From Octopus vulgaris (taxonomy: Eukaryota), in assembly GCA_951406725.2 (NCBI GenBank), contig OX597815.1, positions 131,254,001 to 131,318,000 on the forward strand: 64,000 nucleotides of DNA, written 5' to 3'. The translations under genes and the position numbers were made by a program. The notes under the pieces were generated by a model, which saw nothing but the letters and a program-made list of their open reading frames with translations, was not told the DNA's origin and searched no databases. Positions 25,935-38,489 of the stretch are shown here, piece after piece. Numbering within the stretch: position 1 is the first letter of the stretch; every line of letters begins with the position of its first letter.

Positions 25935-26510
25935 TATTAGCTATTATCATCCCACTTAACTATAACACCCTTTTATATGAAACAACATTATATAAATCTG
26001 TTCTAAGAACCTGATATCTAACGTTGCAATAATTAGCTGTCAAGTAAGTATCACATGTCTAGAAAACATTATTCCCCCACCCCGCAAGTCTTACACATTC
26101 AATTATTACTACCACGTCTGTATTGAGTAGGCAGCTGTTGGTCTTCTAACATTGCAGATTTCAATTACTGAATAAGTAAATTTCGTTTTAACATTGAAGT
26201 TTAATATTTCCCATTTTCTTCATTTCTTCCTTATCTATTGCTTTATGATACCTAATGCATCTGAATGAACTCCAGTGTTGCCTTTCATTAATGACTGCAT
26301 AGCCACTGTCTCGTCATTGTGGTTTCCCATTGTATATATTTCTATAACGGCAATCAATTCATACAGATTGGGATACAAATACTTTCCTTGCCTCTTCTCG
26401 ATTCTTTGCTATCTACAAATCACTCTGTTATGAAGAATATGCTCTAGATTTTCTTTAGATTTGGATCAAATTATTAAGCATGTTACTTTACACAATAATT
26501 TCCATTTTAT

Positions 26511-26903
26511 AAGGCCGCAAGCTGGCAGAAACGTTAACACGCCGGGCGAAATGCGTAGCCGTATTTCGTCTGCCGTTACGTTCTGAGTTCAAATTCCGCC
26601 GGGGTCGACTTTGCCTTTCATCCTTTCGGGCTAGATAAATTAAGTACCAGTTACGCACTAGGGTCGATATAATCGACTTAATCCGTTTGTCTATCCTTGT
26701 TTGTCTCTGTGTTTAGTCCCTTGTGTGTAGTAAAAAAAATAGGTATTTCGTCTGTCTTTACGTTCTGAGTTCAAATTCCGCCGTAGTCGACTTTAATTTT
26801 CAACCTTTCGGGGGATGATAAATACCAGTTGCGTACTGGGGTCGATCTAATCGACTAACCCCCCTCCCCCACAAATTTCGAGCCTTGTGCCTAGAAAAGA
26901 AAA
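26511..26903 (+). mobile_element. Dimeric SINE family A
   Basis: Same two-unit organisation as 4717-5112. Confidence 0.9.
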
Positions 26904-26909
26904 ATTTCC

Positions 26910-27090
26910 CTATTATCTTTTACTTGCTTCAGTCATTAAACTGCGGCCACGCCGGGGCACTGCTTTAAAGGAGTTAATCGAACAATCGATTCCAGTACTT
27001 AGATTTTTAAGTCTTTTACAATTATTTTATGCCCCTTTTACCGAACAGCTACATTTCGATAGTGTAAACAAACCAACACCGGACCAACAC
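26910..27090 (-). mobile_element. SINE family B 3' part
   Basis: TCTTTTACTTGCTTCAGTCATTAAACTGCGGCCAC. Confidence 0.75.
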
Positions 27091-27195
27091 CAGTTCTCAA
27101 GCACACACACACATGCACACACACATATGAACACACACATAGATACACAGACTCACAGACTGCACACACACACACACACACAAACACATACATTA

Positions 27196-27510
27196 AGCAA
27201 ACACCCTGCAAAGTCTGAGAGTGGCCTGGTGAGCAATCTATTTATCAGGAAGATCAATAAGGATATTAGGTAGGGCTCTGGCCTCATTCTCTGGCGGAAC
27301 TCCCAAAAAGTAAGACAGTGATTTAATACCAATAGTAGCGAGAGAAGTGCAAGTTTTGCCTATTTTGATATAGTAGATTTTTACCCATCTATATCGAAGG
27401 AGTTTCTGTATAAGGCACTGGGTTTTTCTAGGACCTACACTGGAATATAGATGTAGACATACGTATGATCATGCATGCCTGAAGACTTACTCTTTAACAA
27501 GGAGTGGACA
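27196..27510 (+). pseudogene. Penelope-like reverse transcriptase fragment
   Basis: HPAKSESGLVSNLFIRKINKDIR, WRNSQKV and FDIVDFYPSISKEFLYKALGF match PLE RT motifs (NPAKSELG, WKNT, FDIxxFYPSI). Confidence 0.8.
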
Positions 27511-27570
27511 GGGATAATCACCAGCTAGAGATGTGAATTCATTCCAAACGCAAAATAGTATATGCTTTTC

Positions 27571-27610
27571 CCACTGATGACGGCTGACTTCCCAGTAACG
27601 TGGGTCTGTG
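27571..27610 (+). ncRNA. Degenerate hammerhead-like motif downstream of the PLE RT
   Basis: cca CTGATGA cgg..cca GTAA c gtgg g TC tgt. GAAA is mutated and the helices are weak. Confidence 0.35.
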
Positions 27611-28057
27611 TGTATCACGTAAGGCTAGAGATGGGAACGATGATTTTTCTTTCGCATGTACTAATCAGACACAGACAGTGTGTCGTTAGTCGGAGGAGAT
27701 ATATTCCTAGGGCTATAAACAACGGTAGCATCGTCCTCTATGTGTCCGCCACACTTACGTGGCAAATATACTTCACGCTTCCTTGCTGCTACTGCTTACT
27801 TCTCGCCCAGAGATTTATTATTGCTATATATATATGTATATATAATATATGTATATATATATATATATATGTATATATATAAAATACAGTGTACATTTAA
27901 GCACATGAGGAATCCACTTGTGGGTTCAATATGCTAGAAAGAACAGCTAGGTTTCATAACTACAAAATTAGGGATAAAATTCGACAGGAACGAAATGTAA
28001 AAATAAAAACATTCTACCATCTAGTTTCCTGGACCAATTCGTTTCTGATTGGTTTCT

Positions 28058-28748
28058 AAATTAGAGAAAAAATGCTATTATGCAATTCAAACAATGATAG
28101 ACATAAACCAAATCATAAGTAAAAAATAAAAACTATTTTTATAAAACATATAACTAGATCATAAAAAGTATAAAAATGAATAATTAATATATAAGTAAAA
28201 TCTACGTACGTTTCATGGCTATAATTAATTTTTTTAACCTTAAATATTTAACATAATAATTGTATTGTAGGAAACTGATCCTAATGTTTTAAGTTTCAAA
28301 TTTAGTTAATGGAGTTTCTTCTATAAGTAACATCATTATTTTATTTATTTATTTGTAAATAAATATTGTTTAACTCTATCTACTTATTTATTTAACTATT
28401 ATTGTGAACCTAAAGAGTGGCTATAATTTTAAATTAACTTGATTTCGATTAAATTTAAATTTAATTGTAATTCGAATTTAGTTATAGCCATGAAACGTAC
28501 GTAGTTTTTTTACTTATTATATATTGATTTTTCATTTTTATACTTTTTGTGATCTAGTTATATGTTTTATAAGAATATATTTTATTTTATATTTATGATT
28601 TTGTTTTATGTCTAGCATTGTTTGAATTGCATAATAGTGTTTTTCTTCTCTAATTTATATTTCATAATATATTTCTTTAATATATATTTGTGAAATTTGA
28701 TTTAATACTAAATTGAATTTTTCCCTGTAAGTTTGGAGTTATACTCCC

Positions 28749-28755
<7 letters not shown>
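28058..28755. mobile_element. PLE-like fold-back element with ~170-bp arms
   Basis: Arms 28058-28224 and 28482-28656. The 28640-28755 segment is the reverse-complement homolog of 55660-55780. Confidence 0.85.
28407..28506 (+). ncRNA. Type I hammerhead with G5A core change
   Basis: aac CTAAAGA gtggctataa [55 nt] ttatagccat GAAA cgtacg TA gtt. Confidence 0.75.
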
Positions 28756-28787
<32 letters not shown>

Positions 28788-28797
28788 ACAAATTGAG

Positions 28798-28861
<64 letters not shown>

Positions 28862-29143
28862 CTATATATATATATATTGCCCAAACGACCTGACCTGAAC
28901 ATTAGCTTCAAGGTTAATCCAAGAACGGGACCGTTATTTTAATTTTTAAATAAAAAATGTTCGCTAGCCGATAAATTAACTGCTGTAGTTTCTTAACTGC
29001 TGAGTAATTTCCGACCTCAGCGCGCCAAAGTGAAGGCATTTGAAGAATACACATAAATATAATTTGTAGAGCTTTATGCATGCTGAATTTCGGTCGAGCG
29101 CCCTGTATCTAGTTCTGGAAATTGTATTTCGTAAACCACAGAA

Positions 29144-29216
29144 TACGCTGATGATCTTGCAGATGTTTACGTATCCATATACGTAAATATTAACAAATGA
29201 AACTAATTAGTACGTA
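29144..29216 (+). ncRNA. Type I hammerhead ribozyme
   Basis: tacg CTGATGA tcttg..atgtttacgtat/atacgtaaatat..caaat GAAA ctaattag TA cgta. Two mismatches at the base of helix II. Confidence 0.8.
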
Positions 29217-29504
29217 GGTAATGTTTTTTTTTATTTTCGTATATTTTCATTTGTCTTATTTTTAAACTTTGGTTTTTGCTGAATTTTGTTTTTGAGAACA
29301 CATTCTTCGTGGCAAATGGCGAGTTTGACGTCTATATCTAGCATACAGGCTGTCCACTATTAGTGGTCATTCCTCTTAATTTTGTATGTATAAAATTTTT
29401 AATCTTCGGATTTTTAAAATAATATGCTAGCCCACTGGCTTTAATTAATATCAATTTCTACCCTTATTTTAATTTTTAAATAGAATATATATATATATAT
29501 ATAT

Positions 29505-30824
29505 AAATAGAATGGACGAGCATTTGGAAAGAGTAAAGAGTTTTGCTGTGGCTGCAGAGGTGAAGAAAAGGAGGTGTACCTAACCGGACTGAAGGAGCTG
29601 AGTAAGATGACACAGAAGGTGGGCGATAACGTAAAGTCATTACCCCCGAAAAGGGTTATGGAAAATATGGAAAAGAAGACCATTACCTACAAGGTGTACG
29701 CAGTGGAGAGTAGAAAGGTGGAGCGGATGGGGATGGAAAATGTAGAAAAAGCATTGAACGGGCTTTCGAAGGAGCTGACATACATAGTAAAAGGAAATGG
29801 ATATAGGACCATGTTTGTCAGCGGAAGAGGAAAAGTGGCTAGCGAGTGCAACTGTAAAAACGGAGGATGTGGTACTTCTACCTACGTACCTTGGAAGAGA
29901 GACTTCTAAGGTGAGATTAAAAGGAATTCCACCCGATATAGAAGTGGCTTGGGTTGCGGCAGCCGTCATCGTTGGAAGTGAGGAGGAGGTGGCTGTTCTC
30001 CAAGCCACGGAAACGGAGGACGGAGGATGGAGAGGAAAAAGACTGGACCTCATTATGCAGGCAGAGGAGAGGCAATTGGAGAGTTTGAGGGAGACGGTGA
30101 CGTTGGGAGAGATTGTGTTAAGAGTGTGGGTGGAGGGCAGAATCCCAAGATATTTTAAATGTGGCCAAAAGGGCCACATTAGTACTGCCTTCTGAAGAGG
30201 AAAACGACAGAAGAATCGGTGGTGGAGATGGAGGAGAAAAAAGGAAGAAGTACAGATAGATAGAAGGAACAAGGAGGATGAATGGACAGTAACAGAGAAT
30301 AAAAGAAAAAAGAGAAAGAAGAGGAAGAAAGTCAGTGTGATGTGGGACCCCAGACCAACTACATCCCACACAAGACCACTCAGACCCACCCTCCCGATAC
30401 AGACACCAAACACACCCACCCCTCTTTCCACAGGAAAAAAGAAGAAAAAACAGAGACCACAAAATTTACAAGACGCCCTCCTCCGATGAAAAAGGTTATG
30501 TATACATGGAGGAGAGAATGTTGTTACTCAGCGATGGGAAAAACGGTAAACGAAAGACTAGGTCAAAGACTAAAGAGGATTCAGAACTCAGAGGTGGCGA
30601 GTGGTGTTACTCAGTGTGGGGTGAGTAACACACTTTTCATATTCTCATTTCTCAAGTTATCATTCATGTGTCATTATTTTAATATTTTGATTTTAATGCT
30701 TTTCATGTTCATTTTCATGTGTCATTCATAGCATCATATTTTTATTTTAATTGTTATATGTCCCCACATTTGTTGTAATGTCCCATGTATGTAATGTCTT
30801 TATGGCAATTTAAAAAATAAAGAA
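29505..30824 (+). mobile_element. ORF1-only LINE derivative (gag-like zinc knuckle)
   Basis: Frameshifted ORF ending in a degenerate CCHC knuckle (RYFKCGQKGHISTAF), a basic tail, then a T-rich UTR ending AATAAAGAA. No RT or endonuclease seen. Confidence 0.65.
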
Positions 30825-31185
30825 GCTTGCTTCCCAACCATATAGTTCCAGGTTCAGTCTCTCTGCGTGGCACATTGGGCAAGTATCTTCTATAGCCTCG
30901 GGCCGACCAAAGACTTGTGAGTGTATTTGGTAGACGGAATGTAAAGGAAGCCCGTATATATATATATATTTAAGTATGTGTATCTTTGTGTCTGTAACCT
31001 ACCACAGATTGACAGCCAGTGCTGGTGTGTTCATGTCGTCGTAACGTAGCGGTTCGACAATAAAGACCGATAGAATAAGTACTAGGCTTTTAAAAATAAG
31101 TTCTGGGGTGGATTTGATCGACTAAAACCGTGATACCCAAGCATGGCTGCAGTCACATGACTGAAACAAGTAAAAGAATAAAAGA
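30821..31185 (+). mobile_element. SINE family B, near complete
   Basis: AAGCTTGCTTCCCAACCA...GGTTCAGTC head, TTGGGCAAGTATCTT, tail GACTGAAACAAGTAAAAGA. Confidence 0.85.
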
Positions 31186-33125
31186 TATATATTTATATAT
31201 ATATATATATATATATTTACATACATCCACACATATTTATATTCATGCACTCATCTATCTATCTGTCTATCTATCTATCCTTGTCAATTCAACTATGCAT
31301 ACATATAAGCTCCATTAAATTTTTGATGATTTATTGAAATTTCATCGTTGTAAATTGCATATAGACTGACGTGTTCACTACGTTGATTCAAACATATATT
31401 TAAGAGTCTTGCATCTTTTGTGCAGAATTTTTTTTAACACAATAAGAAGAATTATCAGGGCGAAAAAAAGTGTGAGATTTAATATCTTTTACTGAATACA
31501 TAAATCTGAATTGAAGTAAAATAATTCTCTTTATTTGGAAGGTTTCTCAATTTTAGTACTTTTTTAAAAATGAAGCTAAAGGATGGGTATCTGAAAGGAA
31601 AGTTTCTTTATTATAAACATTGGTGTTTGAATATAAAAATGCCAGTAAGATTTCTGTCGATTTTATTATTAAAATAAACATGGAAAATTAGCTCTTTCAC
31701 CATTATAAAAGAAAAAAAAAGAAAGGAAACGACAAAAGGGAGGAGCTAGAGAAAGAAAGAAATTTTATTCGAGCTGCCTATAAAACTAATAAAAAGAAAC
31801 TAAAATAAAACCTCTTGTCAAAATTTGAAATTCACATTCATAATATAAAAATAGTTGAAGAAACCATAAGACATGTTTTAAGAGCAATGTATTTTTGTTA
31901 TGTAAGTAGATAATTTATCAAATAATAAAATGTACTTTTGCTCATCTACAGAAAATTGGAATGATAAATAGCAATTCTCAGACAGACACTGCTGCTGTGA
32001 AGATATTAAATAGTTTCTGAATACACTTGGGAGATTGTCTGTAATGTACAAAATGGATTTAATAATCACAGAGTGTCTATTTGCATTAATGATAATGGCT
32101 GGCTAAAAATCTACTGTTTACTTCAACCATTATTCCAGCTATATAAAAAAAGGAAAAAAATAGTCTCATAACAAGTTAATTTATCTGACGTATTTTTTAT
32201 GATTATATGGTTATTATGATTATAACGTAAGCTCTTAATATATGTTGCAGGTGGCGTCATACGAGCGCAGCACACAATGCCTTCCGGAATCTCTTTCAGT
32301 CCATTTTTTTCTTCTGAGTTCAAGTCTTCCTCCTGAGTGATATTGTAGTCAACTATGAAGTTTTGTGTTTATTTTGGAAATGATTATATTTAATAACTGT
32401 ATCGTCGTCGACCTTTATTCATTTGGGGAGACGATGGAAACACAATCACCGGCTTTACTAGCAAATATTGTTCTTTTGTGATTGCATCATATTTCCAACT
32501 ATAAAGACTATAGAAATAACACAATCATGTAAAGATAACCATAACAAGTAATGTAAAATGCACTGCTAACACTGAAGAACAAGGTATTCACTTACAAAAA
32601 ACAAAAACACTTTTAAAACACTTCACAATGTCATGATTGCATAACAAAATACCGCGTCCCGACAAGTCATGAATATTTATATACCAGCTTCTAGGAATGT
32701 GTTTAATATTTAAAATTGGTATATCGTATAACGTTACACCGCTGTATTTAGTGGGTTTTTTAGCAATGTTCGTGGACGATTAATGGGTTAGATGGGCGCT
32801 GGTGAAGGGGCAATGATTCCCGGAATATGGCATATACGCCCAGTACCATTTTTCATCTTCGATCTCATTGTTTACATCTGACGTCTCGGATACGAAACGT
32901 CAGTTCTGGCTTTAATTTCTATAGAATATCTGTAGAAATATCTTTAACAAATGATGTAAAGAGCACTGCTAACACAGTAGAGCACGGTATTGACTTACAC
33001 AAACACAAACACACACACACGCGTACATACACATACATACACACACATGCACACACACGCGCACACACACACGCACACACACAGACACACACACACACAT
33101 ATATATATATAGATAGATAGATAAA

Positions 33126-33705
33126 CTTACTTGGAAATGGATAGGTGGCGTTCAGTCATTAAATAAAAAAAATATATATGCATATATACATACATATATG
33201 CAGATACACACACACACATATATATATGCCTATATGGGTACAGGACGTCATATAACGTAAACAACATGAAATACAAAATACGAAAACAACATGAAATAAG
33301 AAGACAAACTTGGGCGTGCAAACAACGAGAGAAACAAATGGAAAACAAGACAAGTAACACAAAGAACGACTTCTCATCAGTTGTGGGCTGTCCATCTTGC
33401 CAAATTTGACCCTCCGCGGGTCCCAAATTTTATTTTGGTTCGCGGGGGCAACTGCCTTTCGAAGACTCATATTGTTGTTAAATGCTCGAAATGAGTAGAA
33501 TAATAAAGAGAAAGTTCTTGGTTCAGTATAATATATATTTGCAAGAATCAGTAGAGACGGCTTTTTGGAGGTATAATTTTTATTTTAATCAAACATTACT
33601 ATTAAAATTAAAATATAAATTATTCTCTCAAAAAAGCCATCTCTACTGATTCTTGCAAATATATACATAATACTGTACCAAGGAATTTCTTTTTATTATT
33701 CTACT
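33126..33705. mobile_element. Rearranged repeat homologous to 58535-59035 plus a ~95-bp-arm inverted repeat
   Basis: Shared TTACTTGGAAATGGAT and TTTGACCCTCCGC modules. Inverted arms 33494-33589 and 33607-33705. Confidence 0.75.
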
Positions 33706-34009
33706 ATACACACACACACACATATATATATACATATATATATATATGTACATATATATATATATATACATATATACATCCAGTAAGTCATTATTATTTA
33801 CTTACCAGCTTCCAGGAATATGTTTAATTGGTATATCCAATAACGTTACACCACTGTATTTAGTGGTCTGTTTTTATTTTTTGTGCGTGTTTTTGGTTTA
33901 AACTTATACACGAGATTTCACGCAACAACCGAGAACCTATAAAGTTACAAACTGTAAAATGAAAGTTCGGGAAAGAAATATACTTCTGATATATCTAGTT
34001 TCGTAATTT

Positions 34010-34400
34010 TCATCTTCTACTTGATTCACTCATTAGACTATGACCATGCTGGGGCAACATTCTGAAGAATTCTTAGTAAAAATGAATCGACCCTAGTACT
34101 TATTTTTTAAAAAGCTTGGCACGTATTGTACCGTTAATTTTATGCTGTCGAACCGTTAAGTTACGGATTACGGGGGCGTAAACAAACCAAAACCCGTTGT
34201 CAAGCGGTGGTGGAGAACAGACACAGACACAAAGACACACGCACACACACACACACACACACATTTATAGGCTAATTTCAGTTTACGTCTATCAAATCCT
34301 CTCACAAGTTTTTGGTCGGTTCGAGGCTATAGTAGAAAACACTTGCTGAACCCGCAACCATGTGGTTGGGAAGCTAAAATCTTACCACACAGCCACACCA
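34010..34400 (-). mobile_element. SINE family B
   Basis: Family B motifs around (CA)n. Confidence 0.8.
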
Positions 34401-34755
34401 GCACATAATTATTATAACAACATTTTCTGCATTAGGATAACCGTAGAATGTAAAAAAAATCCTTCCACCCACAGCCAAAAAAAAAAACAAAAGAAAAAAA
34501 AAATTTTGAGACAAAATAAAATAAAAAGTTTTTCTTCTAAATAAATTGGTTTCAGGTATCCATTATTCCGTCTCCTTTAGGAATAGAAATGAGAATATTT
34601 TTTCCATAGTGTAGTGAAGACATTAACACACACAAGACAGCTTTATTGATGGTAAAGTTTTGCAGAACTCATCTCTACTGAGAGCTTTTACTTCAGTATG
34701 AAAAATAAATAAACATCCTATTGGGTACTGATATATATGTAAAACAAATTGAAAG

Positions 34756-34830
<75 letters not shown>

Positions 34831-35217
34831 ACAAAACATACATCGTACACACAACGCGCGCATCTGGTAATATTATGTACATACACACGCACACTCACAA
34901 ACATATGTATACATGTATAAATATACATATACGTATGTATGCATTTATGTGTATTCATTCATATACATATACATACGTGTAGATAAATACATATGTATGT
35001 ATGTTTATATATATATATATATATATGTATGTATTTGTATGTACATATATATGTATATATATATTTTTATCTATATGCATGCACACACGTATATTTTAAA
35101 CACTACTCAGATATGCAAATACATGATACATCCATAAAAGGATGTATAGGTAGTATAGAAGCTTGTAATGAACATTAGAACGTCAGGGCAAAATGTCTTG
35201 CAGTATTTATTCCGTTT

Positions 35218-35432
35218 AAGGCGGCGAGCTGGCAGAAACGATAGCACGCCGGGCGAAATGCTTAGCGGTATTTCGTCTGTCTTTACGTTCTGAGTTCAAA
35301 TTCCGCCGAGGCTAACTTTACCTTTCATCCTTTCGGGGTCGATAAATTAAGTACCAGATACATACTAAGGTCGATCAAATCGACTGGCCCCCTCCCACCA
35401 AAACTTCGGGCCTTGTGCCTAGAGTAGAAAAG
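35218..35432 (+). mobile_element. Monomeric SINE family A with 13-bp TSD
   Basis: TSD AGTATTTATTCCG at 35202-35214 and 35433-35445. Confidence 0.9.
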
Positions 35433-35597
35433 AGTATTTATTCCGCTTCTGTATACATAGTAGTGTAGTTAATGTATCGCACGGCATACACCTGTTAGTT
35501 TGTTGGTAAAGTACGTTAGAAAATAATTAAAAGGTAATATTTATTACCAGGTAATAGTAGGGGTAAATAACTACCTTTTAATATCAATACTGCTTCT

Positions 35598-35780
35598 AAA
35601 GCGGGGAGCTGGCAGAATCGTTACCGCGCCGGGCATAATGCTGGGCGGTATTTGTCAATCTTTACTTCAAATTTGTCTCTCACTCCTTTCTGGGTCGATG
35701 AAATATAAATAACAGTTGAACACTAGGATCGATGTAATCGACTCACCCACATCCCAGAAATTGCTGGCATTGTGCCATAT
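35598..35780 (+). mobile_element. SINE family A
   Basis: AAAGCGGGGAGCTGGCAGAATCGTTA head and core. Confidence 0.75.
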
Positions 35781-35974
35781 TCATTCATCTATATCACTGG
35801 TTTCGACGTTCATTCGTCTGTTTATCTGCTACTTTTCTATTGAGGTCTGTCCTTGCCTAATTTGGCCATTCTACTAATCTTTCACCTACTTCAATCTCTG
35901 CTAGATATTTCATATATTCCTTTCACGTCACACTCTCTTATTCCCTCGTTCTTCGTTTTCTCTTTTTCATTCTA

Positions 35975-36180
35975 CTCTTTTATTCTGTTAATTGTTTCAG
36001 TCATTTTAACTGCGGCCACGCTAGAGCACCGCATTTAGTCGAACAACTCGATCCTAGGACTTTGTAAGCTTAGTACTTATGCTATTGGTCTCTTTTGCCG
36101 AAGAGCTAAGTTACGGGGACGCAAACGCACCAAAATCGGTTGTCAAGCAATGGTGGGGTACAAACACAGACACACAAAGA
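35975..36180 (-). mobile_element. SINE family B 3' half
   Basis: Closely matches 1318-1520. Confidence 0.8.
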
Positions 36181-36184
36181 CTCT

Positions 36185-36420
36185 TTTCACTTCACAGGCG
36201 TTATACTAAAACATCTGTTTGATGGAGCAAAGTCTGGCTGAACTTGGGTTCTTGGAGAGAGAACGCACCCGCTTAGTTCATACATTACAAATGCTCCTGG
36301 TATTTGGGACTATGAAAATTTGCAAGACCTTCTTAAGATTTGAAAGATGATGAACAAACAAGATACTTTTATTCACAACCTTGCAACCAAGCAGGTGGTC
36401 GCTAAAATTTACACTAAATT
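36185..36420 (+). mobile_element. Probable LINE 3' end fragment
   Basis: ELGFLERERTRLVHTLQMLLVFGTMKICKTFLRFER* resembles RLE-LINE C-termini (LQ...GT..I). Confidence 0.45.
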
Positions 36421-37309
36421 AGAATGAGAGAGAACATACATAATACATACATACATATGTCTATACACACACATACGCACACACACGTACACACACACAT
36501 ACAGAAACACACAAACATTCCACACCACACACACATTTATACATACACATATATATGTATGTGTTTAAGTACATATATGTGTGTGAGGGACAGAGAATGA
36601 GAAAGTGAAAGGGAGAGAGTGTGAGTGAGTGAAGAAGAGAGAGAGGGAGGCGGAGAGAAAGAGTGGTACTTGGTCGAAAAATGCCAAAGACAGCTGTAGA
36701 CTGTTTGTTCAACGTTCTTCATTTTTAACACATATATTTAATATAGGAGTTGGATAAAATAACAAATAATAAATAAGTAAATAATCTAAAAAAGCAATCT
36801 AAAAAATGTAATCGTCAAATCACTTCAGGTGTTTATTTTTGAAAATATTAAACTTTGACATTCAAATTTCATGTCCAGCATCATCAAGATTATACGATTC
36901 TATTTGGATCTGTTTAATGAAGTATTGCTTTAAATCTTCAAAATGTTTTCCTGAATTTATGGAACTAACTTTATTGGGAATTTGTAAAAAGTAAATATTT
37001 ACAAAGATATGCCAAAAAAAAAAAAAAAAGCTGGCGATTTGCTCTTATTGCTTATTCATTAGTTGCAAAACAAATAAATGCTCAACACATATTGATTACA
37101 TCGCTCTCATTCCTATTTAATATATTTTTCCATGTTCTTATGATTGAAAAGGATATTTTTAAACACATTTTGGCATTAAAATATTTTTAATATTGCGTGA
37201 AACCACTTAATGCTTTTGGAACATCTTTCTACAATTTATCGCTCTTCTGGTTTAGTATTACCAGCTGGTTATTGTGTGTCTTCAGAATAAACGCACACAC
37301 ACACACACA

Positions 37310-37620
37310 TCTTTTATCTTATCGACCTTTGAAAGTCTGGTACTTGTTCTATCGGACTCTTTGGCCGAACCGCTAAGGTACAAAGACGTACACACATCAG
37401 TACCGGTTATCAAGCGGTGGTGAAGGACAAACGCAGACACAAAGACATGCACAGAAGTGTTTATACGACAGGCTTCTTTTCAGTTTCCGTCTACGAAATC
37501 AACTCATAGAACTTTGGTCGGTTCGAGGTTTTAGTAGAAGATGCCAGCCTAAGGTGTCACGCAGTGGTACTGAACCTGGAATCATGTATTTCGGAAGCAA
37601 ATTTCTTACTATGCAGCTAC
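37310..37620 (-). mobile_element. SINE family B
   Basis: GGCTTCTTTTCAGTTTCCGTCTAC...ACGCAGTGGTACTGAACC. Confidence 0.8.
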
Positions 37621-37631
37621 ATCAGTATGTG

Positions 37632-38489
37632 CTAGGAAGTACCCAAAAGAAACCGGAATTTTGCAATGTTATTTTTTTCACTTAGTTTTACATGTTAACA
37701 CATTTATCACCTTCATCGGTCCCGGCGCGTTTTCCACTATTCGAAGCAGTGCTGGAATTCTTGCGAAGTGATGCCTTTTAACGCATCCGTCGTTTATTTT
37801 TCTTCCTCTCTTCCACATCTGCAAATTCCGTAGTATCAGCTTTCATCACCAGTGATGAACTTCGGTAAAAGGTTCGGATCAACTTCCAACTGTTCTTTCA
37901 GTTCACGACACACATTCAGTTGTGACTGCTTTTGATCTCCTGTGAGCAAGCGAGGAACACATTTTGCTGTAACCCTTTACATTCGCAATTCCTCGCTCAA
38001 AATTCATTAGCAGGAGTTCCAGCATACACCTGTCATATCAACAAGTTTGTCAACTGTCCGGTAACGGTCCTTCAAGATCAGTTCATGAATTTCCAGGATG
38101 ACGGTCGTTCTGAACGAGGTTGGTCTTTAAATGACAAATGACCATACCTAAAGCGTGGAAATCACTCGTAAACTTGTGTTTTATTCGTAGCAGTGTCCTT
38201 GTAAGCTGTTTGAAGCATGACAACTCTTTCGGTCACCGTTTTCCCCGTCAGAAAACAATTTCATGGAAACATGCTGTTCTTTCGTTTCAATTGTTGCAAA
38301 AATCGACGAACAAAGGAGAAACACTGCAAAACAAATACGCATCACGTAGCAATAATACTTCGCTCGACGACGCCAGTCTGCAGACTCATGCCTGAGGATT
38401 GCATCAAGTGGCTTATATCGTCGGAAGCCTGATCTACAACGAGTTTGTCACACAGAGAACGTTTCCGGTCACTTTTGGGTATCCCCTCG
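37632..38489 (-). mobile_element. Internally deleted mariner
   Basis: TIRs ...TACCCAAAAGAAACCGGAA / TTCCGGTCACTTTTGGGTATCCCCTCG followed by TA. Minus strand reads VTAKCVPRLLTGDQKQ...FITGDES. Confidence 0.85.

Noticed and set aside
29640-30431. 263-aa minus-strand ORF, the longest in the track
   Set aside because: It is the antisense shadow of the purine-rich ORF1-like element on the plus strand.
33370-33390. CTGATGA on the minus strand as a hammerhead core (also 38723 and 49683)
   Set aside because: No correctly placed helix II-GAAA-helix III-UH follows.
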